Shown here piece by piece: positions 1-11,391 of a stretch of 64,000 nucleotides of DNA. The notes beneath the pieces are model-generated. The model saw only the letters and a program-made list of their open reading frames with translations, made no database searches and was not told where the DNA came from. The DNA is from Octopus vulgaris (lineage: Eukaryota). A program made the translations under genes and the position numbers. The stretch covers positions 32,984,001 through 33,048,000 of the forward strand of contig OX597821.1 of the NCBI GenBank assembly GCA_951406725.2, written 5' to 3'. Numbering within the stretch: position 1 is the stretch's first letter; every line of letters begins with the position of its first letter.

Positions 1-406
1 ATTACCTTTGGCGGTAGCCAGTGCTGTGTTTGGGTTTGTTGAATTTATTCCCTTGTCAGAGTACTTCGCAAGAAAATTATAAAAATAAGCCACTATTGGA
101 TTACCTTTCGGACCCATTTTTGTGGAGGTTGTGTTGCAATTGCGGCGTTCCAGGTTCAACCCAGGCCGGGAGTACCGCAAGGCCAGAATATTTTTGCTGT
201 GTTTTTTCTGTTTATTAACTTTCTTTTGAACTTCATTTAACCCCCCTTTTGTTTTTTTTTCTTTATTGCGACTTTCCGTTAATGTCTTCCCTTCTGTTGT
301 GCTTTCTCTTTTTTGTTTTTTCAAAAATCTATCAAATTTTATTTGGACTTTTGAACTTTTTTCTTCCTGCTTTTTGAGTTTAATTTGAATATATTTAAAA
401 AAAAAC

Positions 407-1653
407 ATGGCAATGAAAAATAACAAAATTTTGGAGTGGGAAATCATACCACCTAAAAAGTGGTTAAAAGACCGTGAAGATAGGATGGTGGTGTTGAGAA
501 CCTACTCGAAGGCACTCGACACCATCGCCCTATTCGAAAAGACGGCAATTGAAAAGGAGTTGGAAGAGTATTTGCCAACAATTAAATTCATTTCCAGGGG
601 TGTCAAATATGCAACGGTGTGGTTGCTATTTGACACCCCTGAAGAGGCTTGCAAATTTGCTAGCAAACCCCTGGAGGGTAAGGAAATCTTAAATCCTGCC
701 CACGTACAAAAGAAAGAAATTGATGAAAGCTTGAATCTGCGGACTGCCACCCGACATAGAACCCGAGTGGATAGAGGAGACTATCCCCCGGGGTCTGGGT
801 GACAGCGAAACTAAGCTCCTCAATGTAAAAGTTCTTCCTGCGGCTGCTTGGGTTGGGTCAAAAGAAATTTTGACCCTGTGGACCCAATCAGCCAATCTGG
901 TTCTTCCAGATTTTTTGAAAATGACCGGGTGCAGGTACCCGGTGATGCTTGAGGGTCGCCCTCCCCCCCCCCTAAGTGTCATCGGTGCTTGGAGTCCGGC
1001 CACATAAAGAAGAACTGTCCTCGGGAACAAAATAGGATCCCGGAACAGTTAAGTAAAACCCCTCTAGAAGAGGGAACGATAACGGCCGAGAAAGCAGAGG
1101 ACTCCTCAAACAGAGGCCGAAAGAGGAAGGTGAGCAACAATGGGTGCTCACCAAAGGATAATAGGGATGAGGAGAGGAAGGCGAATCTTCCAGCCACGGA
1201 GGAGACGCACCCTCCCTCAGTTGAAAAGGGAAAAAAAAGAAAAAGAGGAAGAAAAACGGGACATCACCGGCTGTCAGTGTAGCACCGGAATGTCCCGGAA
1301 CTACGTCGGTTGGGGTTGTGCCACCGACAAGAGAAGGAATACCGTTGGCGGGAACTGTGCCGCCAACGAAAGAACTGAACGTATTGGTCCTCTTCTATAG
1401 AGGAGGAGAAATTGAAAAAGTGATGGAAGAGCACTACAAGGGAGCACCTTTAGCCTTCACACAGGACCCCGAATGGCCTCCGCAGGTAACTGTGGAGGCC
1501 GTGGCGTTCGACGTGACGCTTGGGCTAAAGGAGCTCAATGAAGATTATAACTTGGTCCCGGGCGACGCGAACTCGGAACTTGATTACGTTCTGAGGGAGG
1601 CGTGGTTGATGGTGGAGGGCGCGGGCACAAGCTATTTCGAGGACGATATGTAA
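407..1653 (+). pseudogene. Frameshifted Tx1/L1-type ORF1 (RRM-like region + CCHC zinc knuckle + extra C-terminal domain) of a non-LTR retroelement
   Basis: ORF 407-802 continues after a frameshift near 690 as ILPTYKRKKLMKA*ICGLPPDIEPEWIEE...LPDFLKMTGCRYPVMLEGRPP. After a poly-C slip it reads CHRCLESGHIKKNCP (977-1021, CX2CX4HX4C), then a basic low-complexity stretch and ORF 1318-1653. The GLP...LP.FL..G...V..EGRPP-CxxC layout is typical of Tx1/ZCCHC3-like ORF1. Confidence 0.8.
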
Positions 1654-1674
1654 TTATTGAACTGTTATTATTAG

Positions 1675-1798
1675 TAATGGACTTAAGTCCAAAAATTGAA
1701 AAATTGTAAGAGGATTAATACCTCGTTTTGTATTAATAATGGACTGCTAAGTCCAAAAATTGGAAAAATTGTAAGAGGTTTAATACCTCGTTTTGTGT
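1675..1798 (+). repeat. ~62-bp tandem duplication in the 3' UTR
   Basis: taatggac(tgc)taagtccaaaaattg(a/g)aaaattgtaagagg(a/t)ttaatacctcgttttgt occurs twice. Confidence 0.85.
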
Positions 1799-1969
1799 TT
1801 ATCTTTAAAAAGAACAATGTTTTAGAGAAGCGAAAGTCGGCGGGCGCTTTTTGTCTTCTCCCATCCTTATCATCTTTCTTTCATTATCATTCACCTCATT
1901 AATGTCCTCGTCCAGCCCGCAAAGCTAACTTAATCTGTGTACTGCCTTTATGGCAAATGTTTTGAAATA

Positions 1970-2124
1970 AAGTAGCTTGCTAACCAACCACATGGTTCCG
2001 GGTTCAGTCCCACTGCGTGGCATCTTGGGCAAGTGTCTTCTGCTATAGCCCCGGGTCGACCAATGCCTTGTGAGTGGATTTGGTAGACGGAAACTGAAAG
2101 AAGCCTGTCGTATATATGTATATA

Positions 2125-2196
<72 letters not shown>

Positions 2197-2251
2197 TGTG
2201 TCTGTGTTTGTCCCCCTAGCATTGCTTGACAGCCGATGCTGGTGTGTTTAC
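1970..2251 (+). mobile_element. SINE family A copy, truncated at both ends
   Basis: Matches the full copy at 3329 from aagtagcttgc to ggtgtgtttacg; B-box ggttcagtccc; internal (TA)/(TG) spacer. Confidence 0.9.
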
Positions 2252-2484
2252 GTATATATATTTAATCAATTTAGGGTAGCAAAAAATTCAATAGAAATTA
2301 TTTTGCCACCAGCGGTCTAGTGAGAAAGAGGAAATAGTCAAAGACTATGAATAAATTCAACAACAATTGAGGAACGGCTACAATAGGCCGTTCGGCCCAC
2401 TAGAAATAGCAGCCAGGGCTCCAACCGCAAATAGTAGTAATTCCGAAATGTAAGGAAAAATTAAAAAAACATTTACCCTGTTCA

Positions 2485-2597
2485 TCTTTAGACAATGCAT
2501 TGTTTCGGCGTTTTTTAATGGTAAACCAACCTAATTAAATTAAATTAAACTTAATCAAGTCAATCTTCCAAAAGGCAAACGCGCTCATCAGTAAAGA
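2485..2597 (-). ncRNA. Second intact copy of the same hammerhead ribozyme on the minus strand
   Basis: tctttagacaatgcattgtttcggcgttt...aaacgcgctcatcagtaaaga is the reverse complement of 2979-3091. Confidence 0.8.
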
Positions 2598-2978
2598 AGC
2601 CAGAAGCTTCTTTACTGTTTTTTTTTATTTTTCCTTACATTTCGGAATTACTACTATTTGCGGTTGGAGCCCTGGCTGCTATTTCTAGTTGGACAAACGA
2701 CCTATTGTAGCCGTTCCTCAATTGTTGTTGAATTTATTCATAGTCTTTGACTATTTCCTCTTTCTCACTAGACCGCTGGTGGCAAAATAATATCTATTCA
2801 ATTTTTTTCTACCCTAAATTGATTAATTGATGATTTTCTGATTAATTCCGAAATTGAATCGGCAGTTTATATTTGCTGCCGATAAGTTGGCGCGAATACG
2901 ATGAGTTTGAAAATTTTAGGTCAGATATTACCTAGGCATAGATATAGCTACCTCGTGTAGTTTCTGTCCCTTCTGGCT

Positions 2979-3091
2979 TCTTTACTGATGAGCGCGTTTG
3001 CCTTTTGGAAGATTGACTTGATTAAGTTTAATTTAATTTAATTAGGCTGGTTTACCATTAAAAAACGCCGAAACAATGCATTGTCTAAAGA
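2979..3091 (+). ncRNA. Type I hammerhead ribozyme with enlarged loop II
   Basis: Stem I UCUUUA/UAAAGA; core CUGAUGA (2985-2991); stem II G-(C)-GCGUUU/AAACGC-C; GAAA (3070-3073); palindromic stem III ACAAUGCAUUGU; GUC cleavage triplet ending at 3085. Confidence 0.8.
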
Positions 3092-3286
3092 TGAACAGGG
3101 TAAATGTTTTTTTAATTTTTCCTTACATTTCGGAATTACTACTATTTGCGGTTGGAGCCCTGGCTGCTATTTCTAGTGGGTCGAACGGCCTATTGTAGCC
3201 ATTCCTCAATTGTTGTTGAATATATATATATGTATATATATATATACATATATATATATACATACACACACACACACACACACACT

Positions 3287-3328
<42 letters not shown>

Positions 3329-3330
<2 letters not shown>

Positions 3331-3718
3331 CGCAGGAGTGGCTGCGTGGTAAGTAGCTTGTTTACCAACCACATGGTTCCGGGTTCAGTCCCACTGCGTG
3401 GCACCTTGGGCAAGTGTCTTCTACTATAGCCTCGGGCCGACCAAAGCCTTGTGAGTGGATTTGGTAGACGGAAACTAAAAGAAGCCCGTCGTATATATGT
3501 ATATATATGTGTGTGTGTGAGTGTCTGTGTTTGTCCCCCTAGCATTGCTTGACAACCGATGCTGGTGTGTTTATGTCCCCGTTACTTAGCAGTTCGGCAA
3601 AAGAGACCGATAGAATAAGTACTGGGCTTACAAAAGAATAAGTCCCAGGGTCGAGTTGCTCGATTAAAAGGCGGTGCTCTTGCATGGCCGCAGTCAAATG
3701 ACTGAAACAAGTAAAAGA

Positions 3719-3720
<2 letters not shown>
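3329..3720 (+). mobile_element. SINE family A, full length (tRNA-derived head, internal microsatellite, gtaaaaga tail)
   Basis: A-box tggctgcgtgg, B-box ggttcagtccc, CORE-like ccttgggcaagt, 3' end atgactgaaacaagtaaaagag; at least 12 related copies in the window. Confidence 0.92.
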
Positions 3721-3768
<48 letters not shown>

Positions 3769-3772
<4 letters not shown>

Positions 3773-4118
3773 TATATAAAGCTTAGATAAAACTTAGATA
3801 TGTTTCGACCAAAGATTGGTCCAGGCCATGTCTAACTTAATAGCACCACCTGATATGATTATCTAAATCCTGTTTAAGTCAAGTTTTGTTTGTGGTCTAT
3901 TCAAGTAGTGAGTTTTTGTTGGGTGAGTTGTATCCAATTATGGGTGGATTATCTGGTATTCCTTGAAGGAATCTATCCAGATTCCGTTTAAAGTTGATGG
4001 GATCCTTTTTCTTTTTGATCTCTTTCGGGACAATGTTAAATAGAGCAGGGCCTGTTGAGGAAAAGAAATTATGTTGCAGTGTACATACATGCTGTGATCC
4101 TGAATTGGGCAGGGGACG
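3769..4118 (-). mobile_element. 3' end of a CR1/L2-group LINE (ORF2 C-terminus + 3' UTR)
   Basis: GPALFNIVPKEIK...FKRNLDRFLQGIPDNP...NSLL matches the typical CR1-group ORF2 C-terminus; flanked by (TA)n. Confidence 0.75.
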
Positions 4119-4170
<52 letters not shown>

Positions 4171-4173
<3 letters not shown>

Positions 4174-4335
4174 GAGGGTTCGAGTTCCGCTGTGGGCGCA
4201 CATACACTAGTCGCAAGCCATGCTGCGTGGTCAAAAACTTTGATTCCAGACCATGCGCGGCATCATGGCGAGCTGTCATCGACTATTGCTGCGAACAGAC
4301 AGATTTGATAGACGGAATGTAAAGGAAACCCGACG

Positions 4336-4337
<2 letters not shown>
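4171..4337 (+). mobile_element. Divergent tRNA-derived SINE fragment sharing a module with family A
   Basis: B-box ggttcgagttcc; the end gatttgatagacggaatgtaaaggaaacccgacg resembles family A gatttggtagacggaaactgaaagaagcccgtcg. Confidence 0.55.
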
Positions 4338-4388
<51 letters not shown>

Positions 4389-4397
4389 GGGTGTATG

Positions 4398-4442
<45 letters not shown>

Positions 4443-4449
4443 ATGTATA

Positions 4450-4482
<33 letters not shown>

Positions 4483-4693
4483 TTAAAAAAGATGTGGAAC
4501 ACGAGTTGTGATATATAAAAAAAGGAAATGAAGAAAATGCTGATAAACTAATTTAAGTAAGGGAGAGTGTATTTAATTAGGTGAAAGTTCTTTTTACCGG
4601 TTGCACATTTGTTATGCTTATCAAAAGATATTTTTAAGAGAGATAGAGTTCCTTTCTGATAGATTTTTTTCTCTTATATATATATATATATAT

Positions 4694-4880
4694 AAACGGG
4701 AAGGTTTACGAAAATAAACAAAAGACGAAGGCAGGTGGAGTACAAACAATGTATTAGTATGGTGCTCAGGAATAGAAATAAAACAAGTCTTTTACGTTTC
4801 GAGCCTACGCTCTTCGACAGAAACATACACAGAAAAGAAACAAGGAGAGAAAAAAATTGCGTGTAGGGGCTAACGATCTA
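4694..4880 (-). mobile_element. Short non-autonomous PLE-like element with minimal hammerhead (4789-4823)
   Basis: Reverse strand reads UUU-CUGUCGA-A-GAGC-GUAG-GCUC-GAAACGUA-AAAG; homologous to 40482-40670 and 53026-53237; abuts (TA)n. Confidence 0.7.
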
Positions 4881-4890
4881 AGAGGGAGAA

Positions 4891-4935
<45 letters not shown>

Positions 4936-4971
4936 AATGGAGAAAGTATACATATGTATGTATCTATATAA

Positions 4972-5113
4972 CCGTGTTTTTTACATCCCCGTTACTTAGC
5001 CGCTCGGCAAAAAGAACGATTGAATAAGTACTAGGCTTAAAAGAATAAGTACTAGAGTCCATAGAGACAGATGATGCCCCAGCGCGGCCGCAATCCAATG
5101 ACTGAAACAAGTA
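4972..5113 (+). mobile_element. SINE family A 3' module, degenerate
   Basis: catccccgttacttagc...gaataagtactaggctt...ggccgcaatccaatgactgaaacaagt. Confidence 0.75.
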
Positions 5114-5421
5114 TATAAGGTTAAAAATAAAAGAAAACCAATTATGCACCTGAGACTCTAATCACTGGCCGTTCAACTGCCAGTTCAACTGTTAAATAGA
5201 TATTACTTCTAACTTAAATAAGGAAAAGACAACTGCAACCAACCCTCAAACAAAATAGTAGATGTGTGTTTATATATCAACAATAATTGTTTCGGCTGGT
5301 TTTATTGAATTTTACTTCAGAATATGTTCAATATTCTACCACAGAACAGACATTTATGAATATTCCTGTCCGTTTTAATACAGCTCACAAAATACTATAG
5401 TCGCCATTCTTGATGCTGTTG

Positions 5422-5786
5422 CTTGTTTGTTTATTTGTTGAGCGAAGCGGTCTTCGTCCCAGTGGGAGAAGTCCGAAACGTGGTCCTTTGCTATTCGTAA
5501 GAGAAAGCAGGTCAACCCGCGACACCGAGAGCCTCGACGGATGGATGAATGCGCATCGAGGCTCAGCGGTTGCGTAGGAAGTCGGGGACAAGAAACAGGA
5601 AGAAAGAGTGAGAGAAAGTTAGAGCGAAAGAGTACATCAGGGGTCGCCACCACCCCCTGCCGGAGCCTCGTGGAGCTTTAAGTGTTTTCGCTCTATAAAC
5701 ACACACGACGCCCGGTCTGAGAATCGAAACCGCGATCCTCCAACCGCGAGTCCGCTGCCCTAACCATTGGGCCATTGCGCCTCCAC
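5422..5786 (-). mobile_element. SINE family B (tRNA-derived head), tail type 3
   Basis: Reverse strand ggaggcgcaatggcccaatggttagggcagcggactcgcgg...ggtttcgattctc (A/B boxes); body shared with the copy at 43533 but the 3' half differs. Confidence 0.85.
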
Positions 5787-5835
5787 TGATGTTGTTCCTG
5801 AGCCCCTTTATGAGGTTCTTCAGTTTCTTTTCTGA

Positions 5836-7197
<1,362 letters not shown>

Positions 7198-9251
7198 GTC
7201 ATTTACTTTTAATCTGCATGTTTGATGCAATCACCTGCCGGGGCACACCCAGCGCCCTAGGGCAAGTGAAGGTTAAGAGTTGTTGAAATATAGCTGAAAG
7301 CTTGGGGAGGGGAAGTAGAGAAATATCTCCATGTAATACAAACACAAACATTTACATTGATAGGGTTTTTCTAAGGATGTGGGCAGTACTTGTTAGCACA
7401 ATCTTTTGGATTTCCTTGAGACATGGTTTTCCAGGGATATTGTCTAGGTGTTTCTGACATCCCTTTTTTATCATACCTAGGGCACCTACAATAACAGGAA
7501 CAGTTTTTGTTTTAAGATTCCACATCCTCTGTATTTCGATTTCCAGGTCCTTATATTTACTAAGTTTGTCAAATTCCTTGACAGATACATTTTTATCAGT
7601 GGGGACGCTTACTTCTATTAGTCTGCATGTATTTTCTTCCCTGTCTTTAACAATTATGCCTGGTCGATTAGCCTTGATCATTCTGTCAGTGTTGACTGGA
7701 AAATCCCAGAGGATGGTGACATCTTTACCTTCAACATCTGGCTGAGGATGGTGTTCATACCAGTTAGCAGGTGTGTTGGATTTGTAGTGTTTACATATCT
7801 TCCAATGTATATACTGTCCTACCCTGTCGTGGCGATTTTTGTATTCGTTTGGTGTCAGCACAGGACATCCCGAAACGAGATGGTCTATTGTTTCGTCAAA
7901 TGTGTCACAGAATCTGCATTTAGGGTCAGTACCGTTTCGGAGAACGTTAGCCTGGTAATTTCTGGTAAACAAGCTTTGATCTTGTGCTGCCATTATGAAG
8001 CCTTCAGTCTCTGCTTTCAATCCAGAACTCTTCAGCCACTGATGGGTTGTTGCTTGGTCTACATCAGCATTTTGGCTTCGGAGAATGTATTGTCCATGCA
8101 GGGGCTTCTGGCTCCACCGCCTCTCAATTTGATTCTGCCCATTCTTTTTTGCAGTCTGCCTGATTCGCTTTGCTTGCTTGGTAGCAGTGGTTTCTGGCTC
8201 TTCACCTGATTCAAGGTTAATGCCTAGTTCCCTTTCGAACTTATAAGCTTCCTTGACAATAGAATGCAGCTTTTTGCTGCTTTCGTGTTCACACACAAGT
8301 CGCAGCATCCAGTCTTTTGTACTAGATAGGTACCTGTTCATTCCTACAGTAGAGGTCTTATAGCACAGCTCCAATTGCATCATTCCTCTCCCCCCGCTGC
8401 TTCTAGGTAGGTACAAGCGGTCTACATCTGCCTTAGGGTGGTGCATGCTCCTGGATGTCAGTAACTTTCTTGTCTTCCTGTCCAAGCGTTGGAGTTCCGT
8501 AAGGTTCCAGTTAATGATGTTAAAACTGTACTGCACTACTGGAAGTGCCAGGGTGTTAATGGCCTCAATGCAATTTTTGGAGTTGAGTTCAGTCTTCAGT
8601 ACAAGCCTTATTCTCCTATAGTACTCCTTTCTTATTTTTTCCTTCATAGTAGCATGATGTATACCATCTCCTTCGTTGATTCCTAGGTATTTGTAGCTTT
8701 CTTGTGGGTCAAGTTCCTTGATGGTAGTGTCAATATCTAATTTAACAGAAGCTGTTTGCCTGAGCTTGCCTCTTACAAAAGTTGCTTTAGCACACTTATC
8801 AAGGCCAAAATCCATTCCGATATCATTGCTAAACTCTTTAACAGTTGTTAGCAGCCCTTCTAGCTCTTGGTCATTCTTGGCAAACAGCTTTAGATCGTCC
8901 ATATAAAAAAGGTGGTTTATTAACTTGCTAAAAACTTTGTACCCATATCTGGCACTATCCAATTCGTTTGAGAGTGGGATCAGTGCCATGCAAAAAAGTA
9001 ATGGAGAGAGGGAGTCACCTTGAAAGATGCCTCGTTTGATGTTGATGCTGTTGGACTGGCTCATCCCATTACTATGGCTTAGAAAGAGACGTGTGTTCCA
9101 CATGGTCATGCTATTCTCTAAGAATTTTGAGACGACAGGGGAGATCTTGTATATCTCAAGGGCCTTGAGTATCCATTTATGTGGGACACTGTCATACGCT
9201 TTCCTGTAGTCTATCCATGCCATACTCAGGGTTTTGTTTTTGCTCCGGCAA
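7198..9251 (-). mobile_element. 5'-truncated R4/Dong-clade non-LTR retrotransposon inserted in (AAT)n
   Basis: RT plus Zn finger plus restriction-like endonuclease, a ~155-nt 3' UTR, and AAT repeats on both sides; Dong/R4 elements are known to target TAA repeats. Confidence 0.9.
7352..9250 (-). CDS. Reverse transcriptase - CCHC - RLE polyprotein, N-terminally truncated, frame uninterrupted
   Basis: WIDYRKAYDSVPH, GIFQGDSLSPLLF, HLFYMDDLKLF, YKYLG, CRFC...TIDHLVSGC, RHD, RP(G)II...LIEVSVP, K..KYKDL; the frame is open upstream of 9223 (CRSKNKTLSM) to the truncation. Confidence 0.92.
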   Translation of the reverse strand, partial: CRSKNKTLSMAWIDYRKAYDSVPHKWILKALEIYKISPVVSKFLENSMTMWNTRLFLSHSNGMSQSNSINIKRGIFQGDSLSPLLFCMALIPLSNELDSARYGYKVFSKLINHLFYMDDLKLFAKNDQELEGLLTTVKEFSNDIGMDFGLDKCAKATFVRGKLRQTASVKLDIDTTIKELDPQESYKYLGINEGDGIHHATMKEKIRKEYYRRIRLVLKTELNSKNCIEAINTLALPVVQYSFNIINWNLTELQRLDRKTRKLLTSRSMHHPKADVDRLYLPRSSGGRGMMQLELCYKTSTVGMNRYLSSTKDWMLRLVCEHESSKKLHSIVKEAYKFERELGINLESGEEPETTATKQAKRIRQTAKKNGQNQIERRWSQKPLHGQYILRSQNADVDQATTHQWLKSSGLKAETEGFIMAAQDQSLFTRNYQANVLRNGTDPKCRFCDTFDETIDHLVSGCPVLTPNEYKNRHDRVGQYIHWKICKHYKSNTPANWYEHHPQPDVEGKDVTILWDFPVNTDRMIKANRPGIIVKDREENTCRLIEVSVPTDKNVSVKEFDKLSKYKDLEIEIQRMWNLKTKTVPVIVGALGMIKKGCQKHLDNIPGKPCLKEIQKIVLTSTAHILRKTLSM

Positions 9252-9254
9252 ATA

Positions 9255-9332
<78 letters not shown>

Positions 9333-9459
9333 TTCAGTAGTTTTATTTTTATAACGTGCTTTCACTTCACTACCGAGTGCAGCTCTGTGTGCCTTAGGTA
9401 TGTGCTGTGATTTGTTGTGATGCTCTGATGGTTATTGTATGGGAGGTGTTCTGCGTAGG

Positions 9460-9461
<2 letters not shown>
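9333..9461 (-). mobile_element. Extreme 3' fragment of a second R4/Dong-like family
   Basis: Reverse strand encodes ILRRTPPIQ* (compare ILRKTLSM* of the neighbour), then a distinct ~100-nt UTR and an AAT tail. Confidence 0.65.
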
Positions 9462-9527
<66 letters not shown>

Positions 9528-10036
9528 TCGTCGCCATCGTCGTTGTTATCGTCTTCTTTGTCTTTTCTTTGCTCTACTTCTTCGCGACTCCCTCTAGAAC
9601 TTCATCTTCCTCACCTTCCAAACTTCCCCCTAATTCACATTCAGTAACTCTCCGCTCCCTCTTCATTCTTATTATTCTTTTTATTCTTCTTCCTGTTCTT
9701 CGAGTCCTTCACCTTCTTATATTATAACCCTTCTTTCCTTTCTTACCATTTACATTCGTCTTCTATTTCTAGTCTTCATTACTTCCCTTTCTACTTCTAC
9801 CTCTTCATCTTCTATGCCTTTTTTTCTTCTATTCTTCTATGCCTTCTTTTAAAACTTCCATCGAATTTAGCAACAAGGAACCGTTAAAATAATCCGATGT
9901 CTATATAAATATTCTGAATTTTTATAAAAAGAACTTTTTAAAAGTATATATATATATGTATATTATTTACGGATAGATGATTTCTTGTTTCAAAATTTAT
10001 ATTCTGAGAGTGTACACCTGCAGACATTCAGACAAG

Positions 10037-10097
<61 letters not shown>

Positions 10098-10286
10098 ATT
10101 AAATATAATTATATATACATTGTCACTAATACAGGCATCCTCAAATACAAGCACACTCACACGCGAACATACACGCACGTGAGTGTGTGTGCGTGCGTTT
10201 AACTACGAGTTGGGTATGTTCTATACAATGATGTTATACACACGTTTATACACTGATGCTGGCATACATAGAAATATATGTAAGTT

Positions 10287-10323
<37 letters not shown>

Positions 10324-10539
10324 GCCTGTGTGTTTATGAGCGTGCATATGCATATAAGCATATTTTTGTGTATATATACGTGTCTGTGTGTGCGCGCGCG
10401 CACGCGTGTGTATATGTACACATGAAGTCATATATACGCATTAACATATGCAAGCATATCCCTGTATAAACGTGTGTGTAATAATTTATATTTGTACGCA
10501 TGTATATATATATATATACATGCGTAAATATGTATATTA

Positions 10540-10603
<64 letters not shown>

Positions 10604-10945
10604 GCATGCATGTGTGCATCTATATCATGAATTGTATATGAAAACTACAAATCTATTTATCTGGAGATAACACCTCGAATGACAATCATTGTATAAAAAT
10701 ACGTCATGCAGAAAGAGGTAATTAAATGTCAATACGAAAATATACAATAGAAGGAAAACACACACAACCTTATACGTATAAATAGATAGACAGACAGACA
10801 GATAGATAGATGGATAGATAGATAGATAGATAGATACATACATACATACATACATACATACATACATACATACATACATACATACATACATACATGCATG
10901 CATACATATATATATGTATATATACATACATATACATATATATAC

Positions 10946-11015
<70 letters not shown>

Positions 11016-11205
11016 TTTGTAGTGTTAGTAGTTATATATCTATATGTACATGTATAGATAACTATATAAGCATATTGCATTTAAAGTTCCTTTAATATAT
11101 TTTCAGTGCATCCGTATTTATATGCTTTCGCATATCTACATTCACACACGTCCCCACCCGAACACACACGGTTATCTACATCAATACCTACTACACATAC
11201 ATACA

Positions 11206-11247
<42 letters not shown>

Positions 11248-11311
11248 TACATACATAAAATCCAAGCTAACAAACTTATTTACATACAACTGTATGTATA
11301 ATCCATGCATG

Positions 11312-11391
<80 letters not shown>

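Larger units (their letters stand above)
1..1971 (+). mobile_element. ORF1-only (HAL1-like) non-autonomous non-LTR element; 5' end may lie outside the window
   Basis: T-rich leader, then ORF1, then a ~320-nt 3' UTR ending in AATAAA (1966-1971). There is no EN/RT ORF2, and the element abuts a SINE that lacks its first ~22 nt. Confidence 0.6.
2262..3220. mobile_element. Hammerhead-bearing PLE pseudo-LTR / retrozyme-like repeat: one inverted copy followed by two partial tandem copies
   Basis: 2262-2606 is the reverse complement of sequence in 2970-3220 and 2625-2826. The tandem unit is ~490 nt and the element is flanked by (TA)n. Confidence 0.8.

Noticed and set aside
3793-3836. Hammerhead-like GAAAC after a hairpin in the CR1 3' UTR
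   Set aside because: There is no CUGANGA-like core; it is better explained as a LINE 3' stem-loop with an internal loop.
7748-9209. Plus-strand ORFs over the R4 element
   Set aside because: They are antisense shadows of the RT ORF.
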